Source: an uncultured Bacillota bacterium
GTDB taxonomy: Bacteria > Bacillota_I > Bacilli_A > RF39 > UBA660
Direction of reading: 5' to 3'
DNA: 64,000 nt
NCBI GenBank assembly: GCA_946611635.1
Contig: CAMODW010000003.1
Location: 2,364-66,363 of the forward strand
Shown here: positions 51,094-61,377 of the stretch, in pieces
Numbering within the stretch: the first letter of the stretch is position 1
Layout of the letters: each line of letters starts with the position of its first letter
Notes under the pieces: model-generated
Told to the model about the DNA's origin: nothing
Database searches by the model: none
Seen by the model: only the letters and a program-made list of their open reading frames with translations
Translations under genes and position numbers: made by a program

Positions 51094-51118
51094 AAATGGT
51101 TTTTTACCATTTTTTTTA
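51093..51118 (+). terminator. Intrinsic terminator
   Basis: AAAATGGT-TTTTT-ACCATTTT followed by a T-run. Confidence 0.65.
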
Positions 51119-51162
51119 TTTCAATTATGATATAATATATAAAAATAAGAAGGTGGCCTTGA

Positions 51163-52829
51163 TGAGGAAAATATTATTTGGCATATTAATGCTGTTGGTA
51201 TCTTTAAAAACAGTTTGTGCTATTGGTAATGTTAGAATTACTTTGTCCATTGATGAAGAAAATCATATTATGAAGCAAATAGTTGTTGATAATGAGGATG
51301 AAGAATTTACAATGATCTTACCTGAAAGTGGAAAAATTCCTGGTAGCTTTTATGGATATTATGTAGATTTAAAAGATATTAATAGTAATGTTAAATATAA
51401 AAAAAATAAGAATAATTTATTTTTTAGTAATATTAGTAATCAAGGTAGAATTGTAATAAACAATGAATATGATGTAAGTTTTAGGCAATATGATGGATAT
51501 GAATATTTCACTATATTAGAAGGAATAGATAAAGATATAGATGCTTTATCGATTCAATTGATTTTTGAAGAAACATATGATGTGAATGATTTAAAAATGT
51601 TTATTAATAATAAAGAAACAAAAAAGTATACTAGATTTATTTCTGGGAATAAAGCATCTATTATATTAAATAAATTAAATAGTAATGATTTAGTATCTTT
51701 TCAAGTTAAAAGAAGTGTAAAACATAGTATAAGTATTTTGACTATTATATCTTTTGTTTTTCCTATATTGTGTTTAATACTTAGTTTTGTATTATGGTAT
51801 TTATATGGAAAGGATCGTATACATGATATATCTAAAAAGATGAATCCTGTAAGAGAGTTGTCTTTGTTAGAAGTTGCGAAACTATATAATGAGAAAGTAA
51901 CAAAAAAAGATGTTATAAGTTTAATATTCTCTTTATGTAGTAAAGGTTTTGTTAAAATTGTTGAAACAAAAGATGAACTTAAATTAGTTAGGCTAAAAAA
52001 TTATAATGGTCATTCTTATAGTGAAGGTTTATTATTTGACTCTTTATTTGTTAAGAGTTATGTAGGTACTTTTGATGAAGTTATAAACAAAAAGAAAAAA
52101 GAATATAATGATGAAGTTAATGTAAAAGATATAAGAATTATTAGGACAATTAATAGAATTATTAGTAATGAAAATATGAATAATAAAAAGTATGAATTCT
52201 TCGAAAGAGATACTAGTAGTAAGAAAAATATAATTATAGGAATGGCTATTATTTGTTTGGTTTTAGTAACTATTAATCCTTTTATTACTATAAATAATTC
52301 TTGGTACTTTGTTGTCGCTTTAATAATTGAAATAATTAGTTTTTATCTTATATATAGGTTTGTTGAGTATGTTGATTTTAATAAGGTGAAAAAATATTTG
52401 GTACCTATATTATTAACTGTTTTATTCTTTGTGTTAATATTTGCTTTTGTTTTAGGAACTAATAGTGTTTATGAAGTTGCTTATTTGTTAGGTATTGTAT
52501 GTGTGATAGGTATGATGATATTTGCTAAGTATATGCCAAAAAGGAATGTATATGGAGATAAATTGTTTGGTAAAATGGAAGGCTTTAGAAAATTATTAGA
52601 AGAAGGTACTAAGGAAGAACTAGAGAATGTATTAAAAACTAATTCGAATTATTATTATGATATGTTAGCATACATGTATATTTTGGGAAATAAAGATAAT
52701 GTTTGTAAAAGATTTAAAAATCTTGTTGATAAAAAATGTGAATGGTATGAATCATATAAGAAATATGATTATAATAACTTTAATAAAAGTTGTGATGTAA
52801 TTATGGATGTAATGAGAGAAAATAATTAG
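51163..52829 (+). CDS. DUF2207-like membrane protein
   Basis: Signal peptide, extracytoplasmic domain, then several TM helices. Start placed at the ATG of MRKILFGILMLL. Confidence 0.55.
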
Positions 52830-52920
52830 CATTTTCTCTTTTACATTGTTGATAAGGAAAAGATATACAAAAATATAAAAAATGGTTTATAATAGAGATG
52901 GTAGAGTAGGAGGTGTTAGT

Positions 52921-54225
52921 GTGAATATAGTTATTCCAAAACCGGTTAATGAGATATTGCTTGTTTTATATGAAAACAATTATGATGGATATCTTGTTGG
53001 TGGAACTGTTAGAAATCTTGTTCTTGAACAAAAACCTAATAAATATACTATTGCTACTAATGCCAACCTAGATGATTTATTAAAGAAATTAAAAATATAT
53101 AAACCCCATATAATAGGTGACGAAAAGAAAAAAATAATTATTTCTAATACAAAGTTTCCTATGGAAATTATAAAATATGGAACTAAGGATAATAATATCG
53201 AAAGCTATTTGTTAACGAAAGATTTTACTATGAATGCTTTGGCTTTTTCAGATGAAGATGGTTTACTTGATTATTCTTCTGGATTAGTTGATATAAAAAG
53301 CTCTATAATAAGACTTAATGGTAATGAAGATGAAAATTATATTAAGGATCCGTTAAAAATATTGAGAACAATAAGGCTCGCTGGGGAATATAAGATGAAA
53401 ATAGATGCTCAAACGCTTGAGTATATGTTTGATAATAAAGAATTATTAAAAGATGTTCCGGCTGAAAGAATAAGAGATGAGTTTTCAAAGATAATGTTGT
53501 TAGATAGAATATCTTTTTATTTAAAAAAGTATTTTGATATTTTTTTAGTTTTTTTGCCAGAATTAACTCTTATGGAAAATTTTGAACAAAATAATCCATA
53601 TCATGTATATGATGTTTGGGAACATACACTAATATCTTTGAAAACTTGTGAAAAGAATTTAGAGTTAAGATTAGCTGTTTTATTTCATGATATAGCTAAA
53701 CCTCTTACTTATGAACAAGATGAGAATGGCGTTGGTAGATTCCCTAATCATGCTAAAAAAGGTGCCATGATGGCTCGTGATATTTTGAATAGATTAAAAT
53801 TTAGTAAGAAACAGATACAAGTTGTCACTAAGTTAATAGAGTATCATAATCATGATTTTCCTATGAAAGAAGTTGACTTAAAAAGATTTTTATCTAATTT
53901 TAATAGTAGTGAATTAGAAAAACTATTTAAGTTAAAATATGCTGATACGATGGGTAAAAATCCTGACTATATGAGCGATACTGATAGAATAAATAAAGAT
54001 TTTGAAAGAGTTAGATCTTTAATTAGAAGAGATGAAGTAATAAAGAAGAGTTCTTTAAAGATAAATGGTAAGGATTTAATAAATCTTGGTATATTACAAG
54101 AACAAGTTGGGAATACTTTAGAACAAGTATATAGAGCTGTATTGGATGGTAAAATAAAAAATGATAAGGATTTATTAATTAATTATGTAATAAAGAATTT
54201 TTTACCTGAAGACTTAGATAAATAA
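52921..54225 (+). CDS. cca: CCA-adding tRNA nucleotidyltransferase with HD domain
   Basis: GYLVGGTVRN and LFHDIAKP motifs. GTG lies 7 nt after AGGAGG. Confidence 0.8.
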   Translation: MNIVIPKPVNEILLVLYENNYDGYLVGGTVRNLVLEQKPNKYTIATNANLDDLLKKLKIYKPHIIGDEKKKIIISNTKFPMEIIKYGTKDNNIESYLLTKDFTMNALAFSDEDGLLDYSSGLVDIKSSIIRLNGNEDENYIKDPLKILRTIRLAGEYKMKIDAQTLEYMFDNKELLKDVPAERIRDEFSKIMLLDRISFYLKKYFDIFLVFLPELTLMENFEQNNPYHVYDVWEHTLISLKTCEKNLELRLAVLFHDIAKPLTYEQDENGVGRFPNHAKKGAMMARDILNRLKFSKKQIQVVTKLIEYHNHDFPMKEVDLKRFLSNFNSSELEKLFKLKYADTMGKNPDYMSDTDRINKDFERVRSLIRRDEVIKKSSLKINGKDLINLGILQEQVGNTLEQVYRAVLDGKIKNDKDLLINYVIKNFLPEDLDK

Positions 54226-54248
54226 AGGCAAAAAAGCCTTTATTTTTT
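54224..54248 (+). terminator. Intrinsic terminator
   Basis: AAAGGC-AAAAAA-GCCTTT followed by a T-run. Confidence 0.7.
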
Positions 54249-54286
54249 GGTGATAAAAAAGTATAATACAAGAAAGGAGGATAATT

Positions 54287-55021
54287 ATGGTAAAGAAGTT
54301 TATATCTGAAGTTGTTGGTACTATGTTATTAGTATTATTCGGATGTGGAACTGCTGTTGCAGCTAATACTTATGTAACAAATGCTTTTGGTAGTAGTGCC
54401 ATGGCATTAGTATTTAACATGTTATTAATTGCTTTGGCATTTGGTTTAATATTAATGGCTTTAGCTTATACTATTGGAAAAGTATCTGGTGCACATGTAA
54501 ATCCAGCTGTCTCTGTTGCAATGTTAATTGATGGAAGAATTAGTGTCTTTGAATGCATTTATTACGTTATAGGACAAATTCTTGGAGCAGTAGCTGGTGC
54601 AGCTGTATTAGGCTTTTTAATGGGTTCATATGAATCATTAGGCGCTAATGGTTTTGAAACTGCTGGCGGATTAGGAGTAGCTGTAGTAACATTACCTGTT
54701 GCTTTAATATTAGAAGCTATATTAACTTTTGTTTTCGTATTAGTAGTACTTACAGTATCTGCTGACTCTGAAAATAAAAGTGGTGGACTTATTATTGGTC
54801 TTGCTTTAACAGTTGTTCATATTCTTGGATTACCTTTTACTGGTACTAGTGTTAATCCAGCTAGAAGTATTGGACCTGCAATACTAACAAATGCTGCTGG
54901 TACTCTTGCTAGAAGTCAGTTATGGGTATTCATAGTTGGTCCACTTATTGGTGGAGTTTTGGCAGCTTTATTCTATAAATTTGTAATTGTAGAAAAAGAA
55001 GTTAAAAACAAAAGAAAATAG
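54287..55021 (+). CDS. MIP-family channel (aquaporin/glycerol facilitator)
   Basis: Two NPA boxes (HVNPAVS and SVNPARS). Confidence 0.85.
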   Translation: MVKKFISEVVGTMLLVLFGCGTAVAANTYVTNAFGSSAMALVFNMLLIALAFGLILMALAYTIGKVSGAHVNPAVSVAMLIDGRISVFECIYYVIGQILGAVAGAAVLGFLMGSYESLGANGFETAGGLGVAVVTLPVALILEAILTFVFVLVVLTVSADSENKSGGLIIGLALTVVHILGLPFTGTSVNPARSIGPAILTNAAGTLARSQLWVFIVGPLIGGVLAALFYKFVIVEKEVKNKRK

Positions 55022-55042
55022 CTTAATAGAGCTATTTTTTTT
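55018..55042 (+). terminator. Intrinsic terminator
   Basis: ATAGCT-loop-AGCTAT followed by T8. Confidence 0.6.
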
Positions 55043-55115
55043 AACTATAAATATCTTATGTATATTTTTTTAATTCCTTATTATATAATAATATTATTAG
55101 TTTTGAGGGATTTTT

Positions 55116-56102
55116 ATGACATTTAAAATAGGTAATATTGAATTGAAAAATAGGATTGTATTAGCTCCTATGGCTGGTATTTCTAATACTTCGTATAGAA
55201 AGATTATAAAGGAAATGGGAGCTGGACTTATATATGCAGAAATGGTTTCTGACAAGGCTATAATGTATGGAAATGAAAAAACTATTGAACTATTAAAAAT
55301 GGATGACTTTGAAAGGCCTATTGCTCAACAGATATTTGGTAGTGACGTAGAATCTTTTGTTAAAGCTGCTACATTTATTGAACAACATATGCACCCTGAT
55401 ATAATAGATATTAATATGGGGTGTCCAGTTCCTAAAGTTGCTGTTAAAGCGCAAGCGGGGAGTGCACTTTTAAAAAATCCTCATAAAGTATATGAAATAG
55501 TAAAAGCGGTTGTAGAAGCTGTCTCTGTGCCGGTAACAGTTAAAATTAGAAGTGGATGGGATAGTAAACATATTAATGCTGTAGAAGTTGCAAAAGCTTG
55601 TGAAGAGGCAGGTGCTTCAGCAATAACAGTTCATGGAAGAACAAGGGAACAGGGATATAGTGGTAAGGCTGATTGGAACATTATTAAACAAGTTAAAGAG
55701 ATGGTTAAAATACCAGTGATAGGTAATGGAGATGTTACAAGTCCATATTTAGCAAAAAAAATGATAGATGAAACTGGTTGTGATGCTGTTATGATTGGAC
55801 GTGGAGTTTTGGGTAATCCGTGGCTCATAAAACAGTGTGTGGAATATTTAGATAACGGCAAGGAACCTAAAGAGGTATCATTTGAAGAAAAAGTATTAAT
55901 GATGAAAAGACATTATCAATTATTATGTGAGGATAAAAATGAGAAAGTGGCGCTTCTTGAGATACGAAGTCATATTCTTTGGTATTTGAAAGGTATGCCG
56001 AATTCTAAAGAAATGAAGAATAAAATAATGGCATGTAAAAGTAGTGAAGATATATTTAATTCTTTAGATTATTATTTAAGCAATATAAAGGAACTAGTGT
56101 AA
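55116..56102 (+). CDS. dus: tRNA-dihydrouridine synthase
   Basis: LAPMAGISN, DINMGCP and TVHGRT motifs. Confidence 0.85.
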   Translation: MTFKIGNIELKNRIVLAPMAGISNTSYRKIIKEMGAGLIYAEMVSDKAIMYGNEKTIELLKMDDFERPIAQQIFGSDVESFVKAATFIEQHMHPDIIDINMGCPVPKVAVKAQAGSALLKNPHKVYEIVKAVVEAVSVPVTVKIRSGWDSKHINAVEVAKACEEAGASAITVHGRTREQGYSGKADWNIIKQVKEMVKIPVIGNGDVTSPYLAKKMIDETGCDAVMIGRGVLGNPWLIKQCVEYLDNGKEPKEVSFEEKVLMMKRHYQLLCEDKNEKVALLEIRSHILWYLKGMPNSKEMKNKIMACKSSEDIFNSLDYYLSNIKELV

Positions 56103-57218
56103 TTTTTTACTAGTTCCTTTTATATTTAAATATTGTTTATAGAATGTCTTTAAATTCTTGCCAGGAATAATTCCATAATTATGCAATGTATTTAAGATAT
56201 CTTCTTCATTATAACTTTCTATTCTTATTATTTGTTCTAGTATATTTAGAGCAGCATAACTATTTCTTTTATATAATAAGAATAATTCGATTGCTACTAA
56301 ATATGATGTGGCATAATTTACTAGATTATCTAATGGATAAAGTAATTCACCGTCGATATAGTCAGCATCTAATTTGTATTTTTCACGTATTATCTCTAGC
56401 GCCCTTTTTCTATCAGATATACCACTTAGTGTTGTCATATATTTAGAGTCTATATTGTTTAAGAAACCGTGATATACTGATATACTTGTCTCTTTCGCTC
56501 TTTTTATTTCGTCAAAATCATATTCGTTTTTATCTATTATATCCAGGCATAATAATTCAAACAAGATTGATTCAACTTCGTTAACAAAAGGATTTTTTAA
56601 ATGGCTTTCGTTAATAGAAGCACCGATTGCATGCCCATGTTCGTGAACTGATGAGGCAATATCATATGTTCCATTAAAGAGATACAAGTTTAAAAAAGCT
56701 TCATTTATTCCTTCGGGCCTTAATATGTCGCCTCCCCATGTATTATTGGTAGCTTTTGAAAAGTTTATATAGATGGCTCCAGTTTGATAATATTCATTAT
56801 ATTTTTCTAAGTATATGCCGCCAATATAATTATAGAAATCATTTGTTGCTGTGATGATTTTTTCTTTTGGTACTATTATGTTTGAAGCTTCAGCCCTTAG
56901 ATCGATCCCGTTACTAACAATATAATTGTTTGCATCTAATAATATTGGTATTGTTTGTATTGATTTTTCAAAAAAGTTTCTATCAGCAATAGCTACAGAT
57001 GAAAAACTTGGCTTTTTGTAGCGCTTATGGAAAGTGCTTATGAATTCTTGATAAGATTTTATAGTTTTGTATAGTGCCATTTTTTCTTCTTGTGTTTTGG
57101 CTTTCTTAAGTAATTCTTGATAATGATGTAATTTTTCTTTTAAAGTATTTTCAGTCCATGTTTTAGCTTTCATATTATTTCGCATCCTTTTTTGAATTGA
57201 CGGTTTGTATACTATCAT
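56094..57218 (-). CDS. Zinc metallopeptidase (HExxH; M3/oligoendopeptidase-like, short)
   Basis: HEHGH motif. 374 aa. The 3' end overlaps the dus 3' end within the hairpin GGAACTAGT...ACTAGTTCC. Confidence 0.55.
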   Translation of the reverse strand: MIVYKPSIQKRMRNNMKAKTWTENTLKEKLHHYQELLKKAKTQEEKMALYKTIKSYQEFISTFHKRYKKPSFSSVAIADRNFFEKSIQTIPILLDANNYIVSNGIDLRAEASNIIVPKEKIITATNDFYNYIGGIYLEKYNEYYQTGAIYINFSKATNNTWGGDILRPEGINEAFLNLYLFNGTYDIASSVHEHGHAIGASINESHLKNPFVNEVESILFELLCLDIIDKNEYDFDEIKRAKETSISVYHGFLNNIDSKYMTTLSGISDRKRALEIIREKYKLDADYIDGELLYPLDNLVNYATSYLVAIELFLLYKRNSYAALNILEQIIRIESYNEEDILNTLHNYGIIPGKNLKTFYKQYLNIKGTSKKLH

Positions 57219-57254
57219 AATGTTAACAATTTATCAAATCTTACATTTTTTTAA

Positions 57255-57283
57255 TTGACTAAATAATGTATTAAGTATATACT
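57255..57283 (+). promoter_or_regulatory. Sigma-A-type promoter facing the ORF-free region
   Basis: TTGACT (57255-57260), 17-nt spacer, TATACT (57278-57283). Confidence 0.55.
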
Positions 57284-57289
57284 TAATAT

Positions 57290-58358
57290 AGTAAGGAGGT
57301 ATACAAAGGATGGCTTAATTATTGCCATAAGATGTATATAGGGCATAAACTTGAGATAAAGTGAGAAATAATTGAAAGATTATTCCATTTGTGAAATAGA
57401 ATTTTATGGTGATATAGGTGGATGTTAAGAATGCAAACTTAATTGAAGCTGAATTTTTGAACTTGAAAAAGTTGTTATATTTGCAGTGTAATGGCTTTGA
57501 TGGTTCGTAACTTGTAACATGTATGTACGCAAAGCATATTTGTATATTAGTAATTGTTTACTAAGCCCCCAAGTTACATTCCAGCATATTTATATGTCTG
57601 AAGAGGATATGTCATTATGATGTATTCTGGTCATCTAATGTGAATAGTTTGTTGGTTTTTAGATTCATCACCAACAGATTATTATTGAGAAATCAATGTA
57701 TCGAATTACCCTTGTTATGTTATCAATAGTTAGCATTTTCTATTTACCCAATATGGGGTGATAATATGATAGTGAAATTGATGGATGGCTTTCGTATTAG
57801 CTTGGTTAATTTTTGTGAATTATCCACGTATACGTTATGCATTTAAAGATCATTTTAAGAATTTTGTTATAACTATCTTATAGGAATTATTATTTGAGTT
57901 TCTGAATTTTATTAGATGATAGAACTCTATAATCTGGGAATATAAGGCAAGTGTAGCGATTGGATTAATCTGACTGCGTTTAATAATTACGGAGTCTTAA
58001 ACTTGTTTTCGAAATTGGTCAAGCAATCCAAGCGTTGAGTTCGATTATTAATGGTTGATCCCCTTATGGTCGAAACAATAAACTATATCGTGTGAGCTCG
58101 TATAATAAAAATATTAGCGATGAATTGGAGAACTCTTATACAACAGTATAGTTAAGCGTTTATGTAATAAATATATGAATAGAGATGAGTGATGTCGTCA
58201 ATGTTAGTGAATAACTATCAAATAGTATGTCATATTCGTCTTGCTATGCGGAAGTTTATTGTTAAACTACAAATGCGTTTTTATTAGTCTAGCTATTTTG
58301 TATTAGATACTTAATAGCTAGATAATGTGAAGAGAATGATTTATAATTCTCTTTTTTT
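57290..58358 (+). ncRNA. Candidate large non-coding transcript (~1.07 kb), class unknown
   Basis: The track has no ORF of 60 aa or more on any frame between 57219 and 58443. The region is bounded by the promoter above and the intrinsic terminator at 58331-58358. Its G+C looks higher than usual for intergenic DNA here. Confidence 0.4.
58331..58358 (+). terminator. Intrinsic terminator closing the ORF-free transcription unit
   Basis: AGAGAAT-GATTTATA-ATTCTCT followed by T7. Confidence 0.7.
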
Positions 58359-58359
58359 A

Positions 58360-58388
58360 TTGCTATAATTTTTGACGAAGTGTATAAT
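58360..58388 (+). promoter_or_regulatory. Sigma-A-type promoter of the FIST/aldehyde dehydrogenase operon
   Basis: TTGCTA, 17-nt spacer, TATAAT. Confidence 0.55.
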
Positions 58389-58443
58389 TAAAATAGAGAA
58401 CTATAGAATAGTTCGATAATTGTAAGAATAAGGAGGAATTAAA

Positions 58444-59601
58444 ATGAAAGCAATGGTTGGATCTAGTGTTTTGGCGAATAGTTATGAAGCTGGTGTTGAA
58501 ACTGCAAAAAATGCTATGAAAGGAATTAAAAAGCCAAAATTAGGTTTGCTTTTTACGTCAATTAAATATGATCAAAATGATGTTATTAGGGGTATTAAAT
58601 CTGTTAATAGTGGTGTTAAAGTAATAGGTTGTACTTCTTCTGGAGCTATTATGACTCCTGAAGGAATAATTTCTTCTAATAATGGTTTTGCTGGAATGAT
58701 GATGCTTGAAGATAATGAATTAAATGTTGGAGTGGCTTCATCTCCTAGAGGAAATGATCCAAGAGAAACTGGTAGAAAAATAGCGAAAAAAGCAATGGAA
58801 GATGCAGGAAAAAAACATGCACCTAATGCTTTTGCTATGTTTGCTTCTCCAGCTGAAGAAGAATACTACTTGAAAGGAATTCAAGATGTTATAGGTGAAG
58901 TTCCTATGTTTGGTGGTAGTGCTGCAGATGATGCTGTATCTGGAGATTGGAAAATCTTTTGTGAAGATAAATCATTTGGGGATGGATGTGCTGTAGCATT
59001 TTTATATACTACAAAAGAAATTAAGAATGTATTTACTGGTGCTTATGAAGAAACAGACAAAGTAGGAATTGTAACTAAAGTGGAAAATGATAGAAAAATA
59101 TGCGAAATAGATCATGCTCCTGCTCTTAAAAAGTTTGCAGAGTGGAATGGATTGAATGCTGATGACTTGATGGGGCAAAACTTATTAGTGGCTTCAATTC
59201 CTTGTGCTTTAGGAGTAAAAACTTTGCAAGGTGATTTAACTGCTGTTCGTCATCCAATGATTGGTAATCCTGATTATTCATTTAATGTTGGTGCTAAAGT
59301 GGCTCCTAAAACAGCAATTATTCAATTAAAAAATGATGTGGATGGATTAATTAATGGAGCTGCTCAAACAGTTAAGGATGTAAAAGAAAACTTTGATCCT
59401 GCTGCTTTATTCTTAGTACATTGTGGTGGCAGAAAACTAGGAATTGGTGATAGAGTAGATGAAGATTTTGTTGCTATAAAAAGTGCTTGTGGTAGCGTTC
59501 CATTTATTGTTGCCTTTACTTTTGGTGAATATGGTCAAATGAATCATTCAGGGGCTACAATAGGTGGTTTATCGCTATCATTTACAGGTTTTTCAAAGTA
59601 G
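58444..59601 (+). CDS. FIST-domain protein
   Basis: 385 aa with a layout and motifs (GCTSSG, FGGSAADD, GEYG) resembling FIST_N/FIST_C proteins. AAGGAGG RBS. Confidence 0.6.
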   Translation: MKAMVGSSVLANSYEAGVETAKNAMKGIKKPKLGLLFTSIKYDQNDVIRGIKSVNSGVKVIGCTSSGAIMTPEGIISSNNGFAGMMMLEDNELNVGVASSPRGNDPRETGRKIAKKAMEDAGKKHAPNAFAMFASPAEEEYYLKGIQDVIGEVPMFGGSAADDAVSGDWKIFCEDKSFGDGCAVAFLYTTKEIKNVFTGAYEETDKVGIVTKVENDRKICEIDHAPALKKFAEWNGLNADDLMGQNLLVASIPCALGVKTLQGDLTAVRHPMIGNPDYSFNVGAKVAPKTAIIQLKNDVDGLINGAAQTVKDVKENFDPAALFLVHCGGRKLGIGDRVDEDFVAIKSACGSVPFIVAFTFGEYGQMNHSGATIGGLSLSFTGFSK

Positions 59602-59609
59602 GTGTTTAA

Positions 59610-61049
59610 ATGGCTAAGAATTTAATTGGAAGTGAATGGGTTGATTCTTCTGATGGCGGTTTGATTAGAATTGTTAATCCTGCTACTGGATCGTTAATTG
59701 ATACCGTTCCGGAGAGTACAAAAAAAGATTGTGATATGGCTGTTCAAGCAGCTAAAAAAGCTCAAAAGGTTTGGGCGAAAAAGCCTATACATGAAAGAGC
59801 CAATATATTAATGAAATTTGTTTCATTAGTTGAAAAAAATAAAAATGAATTGGCAAAATTGTTAAGCGATGAAACGGGTAAACCAATTAAGGAAGCGTAT
59901 GCTGAAATTGCAAATGTTTCTATTGGTATTCCTGCTTTTTGTGAAAAGGCAAAGCATATGTATGGTAATATGATTCCTGCTGGTCAAGAAGCTGGTCAGG
60001 AACATACATTGCAATATACTGTTCAAGAACCATTAGGTGTTGTTGTAGCTATTATACCTTTTAATTTCCCAAGTGATTTGTTTTGCCAAAAAATTCCTCC
60101 AGCATTGTTGATGGGGAATTCGGTTATTATGAAACCTTCTCCACATAACCCATTAACTCTTAATAGATATGCAGAATTATTGCTTGAAGCAGGAGTGACT
60201 CCAGGAGCTATTGAAGTAATTAATGGTACTGCTGGAGATGCCGCCCAAGCATTAGCTGCAAATCCAGGAGTTTCATTGGTAAGTTTAACAGGGGCAACTA
60301 AATCAGGTATGGAAACAATGAAAACTTGTAGTTCTAATCTTACTCATGTGATGTTAGAATTAGGAGGTAATGATGCTTTTATTCTTGATAGAGATGGAGA
60401 TGTTGACTTGGCCGTTGAAGAAACAATTTGGGGAAGATTTTATAATACTGGCCAAGTTTGTTGTGCATCAAAAAGATTTTTGATTCATAATTCTGTTAAA
60501 AAAGAATATATTAAAAAATTAAAAGAAAGAATTTTAAAGATTAAAAGAGGTATGCCAAGTGATCCAAGCGTAGAATTAGGTTGTTTAGTATCGGTAGATG
60601 CAGCTAAAAGGGTTGAAGAACAGGTTAATAAGACTGTTTCTGAAGGGGCAACTATAATTTTAGGTGGAAAAAGAGAAGGAGCTTTTTATGATCCAACTAT
60701 TCTAGATGGAGTAACAAAAAATATGGAAGTTGCTAAAGATATGGAAATATTTGGACCAGTAGTTCCTATAATTGGATTTGATGATATAAACGAGGCTATA
60801 AAGATAGCAAACCAATCGTCTTTTGGATTATGTGGCTCTATAATATCAAAGAATGTTAGCAATGCAATAAATATAGCTAATCAACTTGAATGTGGTGGAG
60901 CTATAATTAATGGAGCTTCATTCTTTAGATCATTCGAAATGCCTTTTGGTGGTTGGAAATACTCTGGAATTGGTAATGAAGGAGTTATGACAACTTTAAA
61001 AGAAATGTCTCGAACTAAAACGGTAATTTTAAAAAATATTTTAAAATAA
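59610..61049 (+). CDS. NAD(P)-dependent aldehyde dehydrogenase
   Basis: ELGGND and GQVCCASKRF catalytic motifs. 479 aa. Confidence 0.85.
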   Translation: MAKNLIGSEWVDSSDGGLIRIVNPATGSLIDTVPESTKKDCDMAVQAAKKAQKVWAKKPIHERANILMKFVSLVEKNKNELAKLLSDETGKPIKEAYAEIANVSIGIPAFCEKAKHMYGNMIPAGQEAGQEHTLQYTVQEPLGVVVAIIPFNFPSDLFCQKIPPALLMGNSVIMKPSPHNPLTLNRYAELLLEAGVTPGAIEVINGTAGDAAQALAANPGVSLVSLTGATKSGMETMKTCSSNLTHVMLELGGNDAFILDRDGDVDLAVEETIWGRFYNTGQVCCASKRFLIHNSVKKEYIKKLKERILKIKRGMPSDPSVELGCLVSVDAAKRVEEQVNKTVSEGATIILGGKREGAFYDPTILDGVTKNMEVAKDMEIFGPVVPIIGFDDINEAIKIANQSSFGLCGSIISKNVSNAINIANQLECGGAIINGASFFRSFEMPFGGWKYSGIGNEGVMTTLKEMSRTKTVILKNILK

Positions 61050-61055
61050 AATAAC

Positions 61056-61090
61056 AAAAAAACTTGACTTTTCAAGTTTTTTATTTTTTT
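61056..61090 (+). terminator. Intrinsic terminator
   Basis: AACTTGA-CTTT-TCAAGTT followed by a T-run. Confidence 0.7.
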
Positions 61091-61377
61091 AAAAAAACCG
61101 ATTTTCAAAAAAATGTAAAAAATTAGAAAGTTAATTTTTTTGAAAAAAGTAAAAAAATGTAAAGAAAGTCCAAAAAGTCTTCAAAGCCTTTTAAATACTG
61201 GTTTTGCAGCAAAAATAACATAGTGTTTATTATTTTTAAACTAAGGTAAAAAAGGCAAAAAATGAAAAAATGGTTTTTTGAAAAAATGCATTTTTTGAAA
61301 AAAATATTTTTTTGTTATTTACTTTTTAGATGGCTATGGTAGAATGGAATTAGGAAAAGGTAGAAGGAGAGTTTAAA

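Noticed and set aside
57820-57828. DnaA-box-like TTATCCACG inside the ORF-free region (possible replication origin)
   Set aside because: Only one 8/9 match. Other candidates are 6/9 or worse. There is no dnaA/dnaN context and no clear cluster with an AT-rich unwinding element.
57219-58443. Known structured RNAs in the 1.2 kb gap: RNase P (GAGGAAAGTCC), SRP domain IV, 6S, T-box, group II intron domain V, CRISPR repeats
   Set aside because: None of the hallmark sequences or repeat periodicities was found by eye. The region is therefore reported only as an unclassified candidate.
61200-61240. Possible NrdR box (ATAACATAGTGTTTAT) upstream of nrdD
   Set aside because: The palindrome is poor and matches the acaCwAtATaTwGtgt consensus badly. 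There is no second box at helical phasing.
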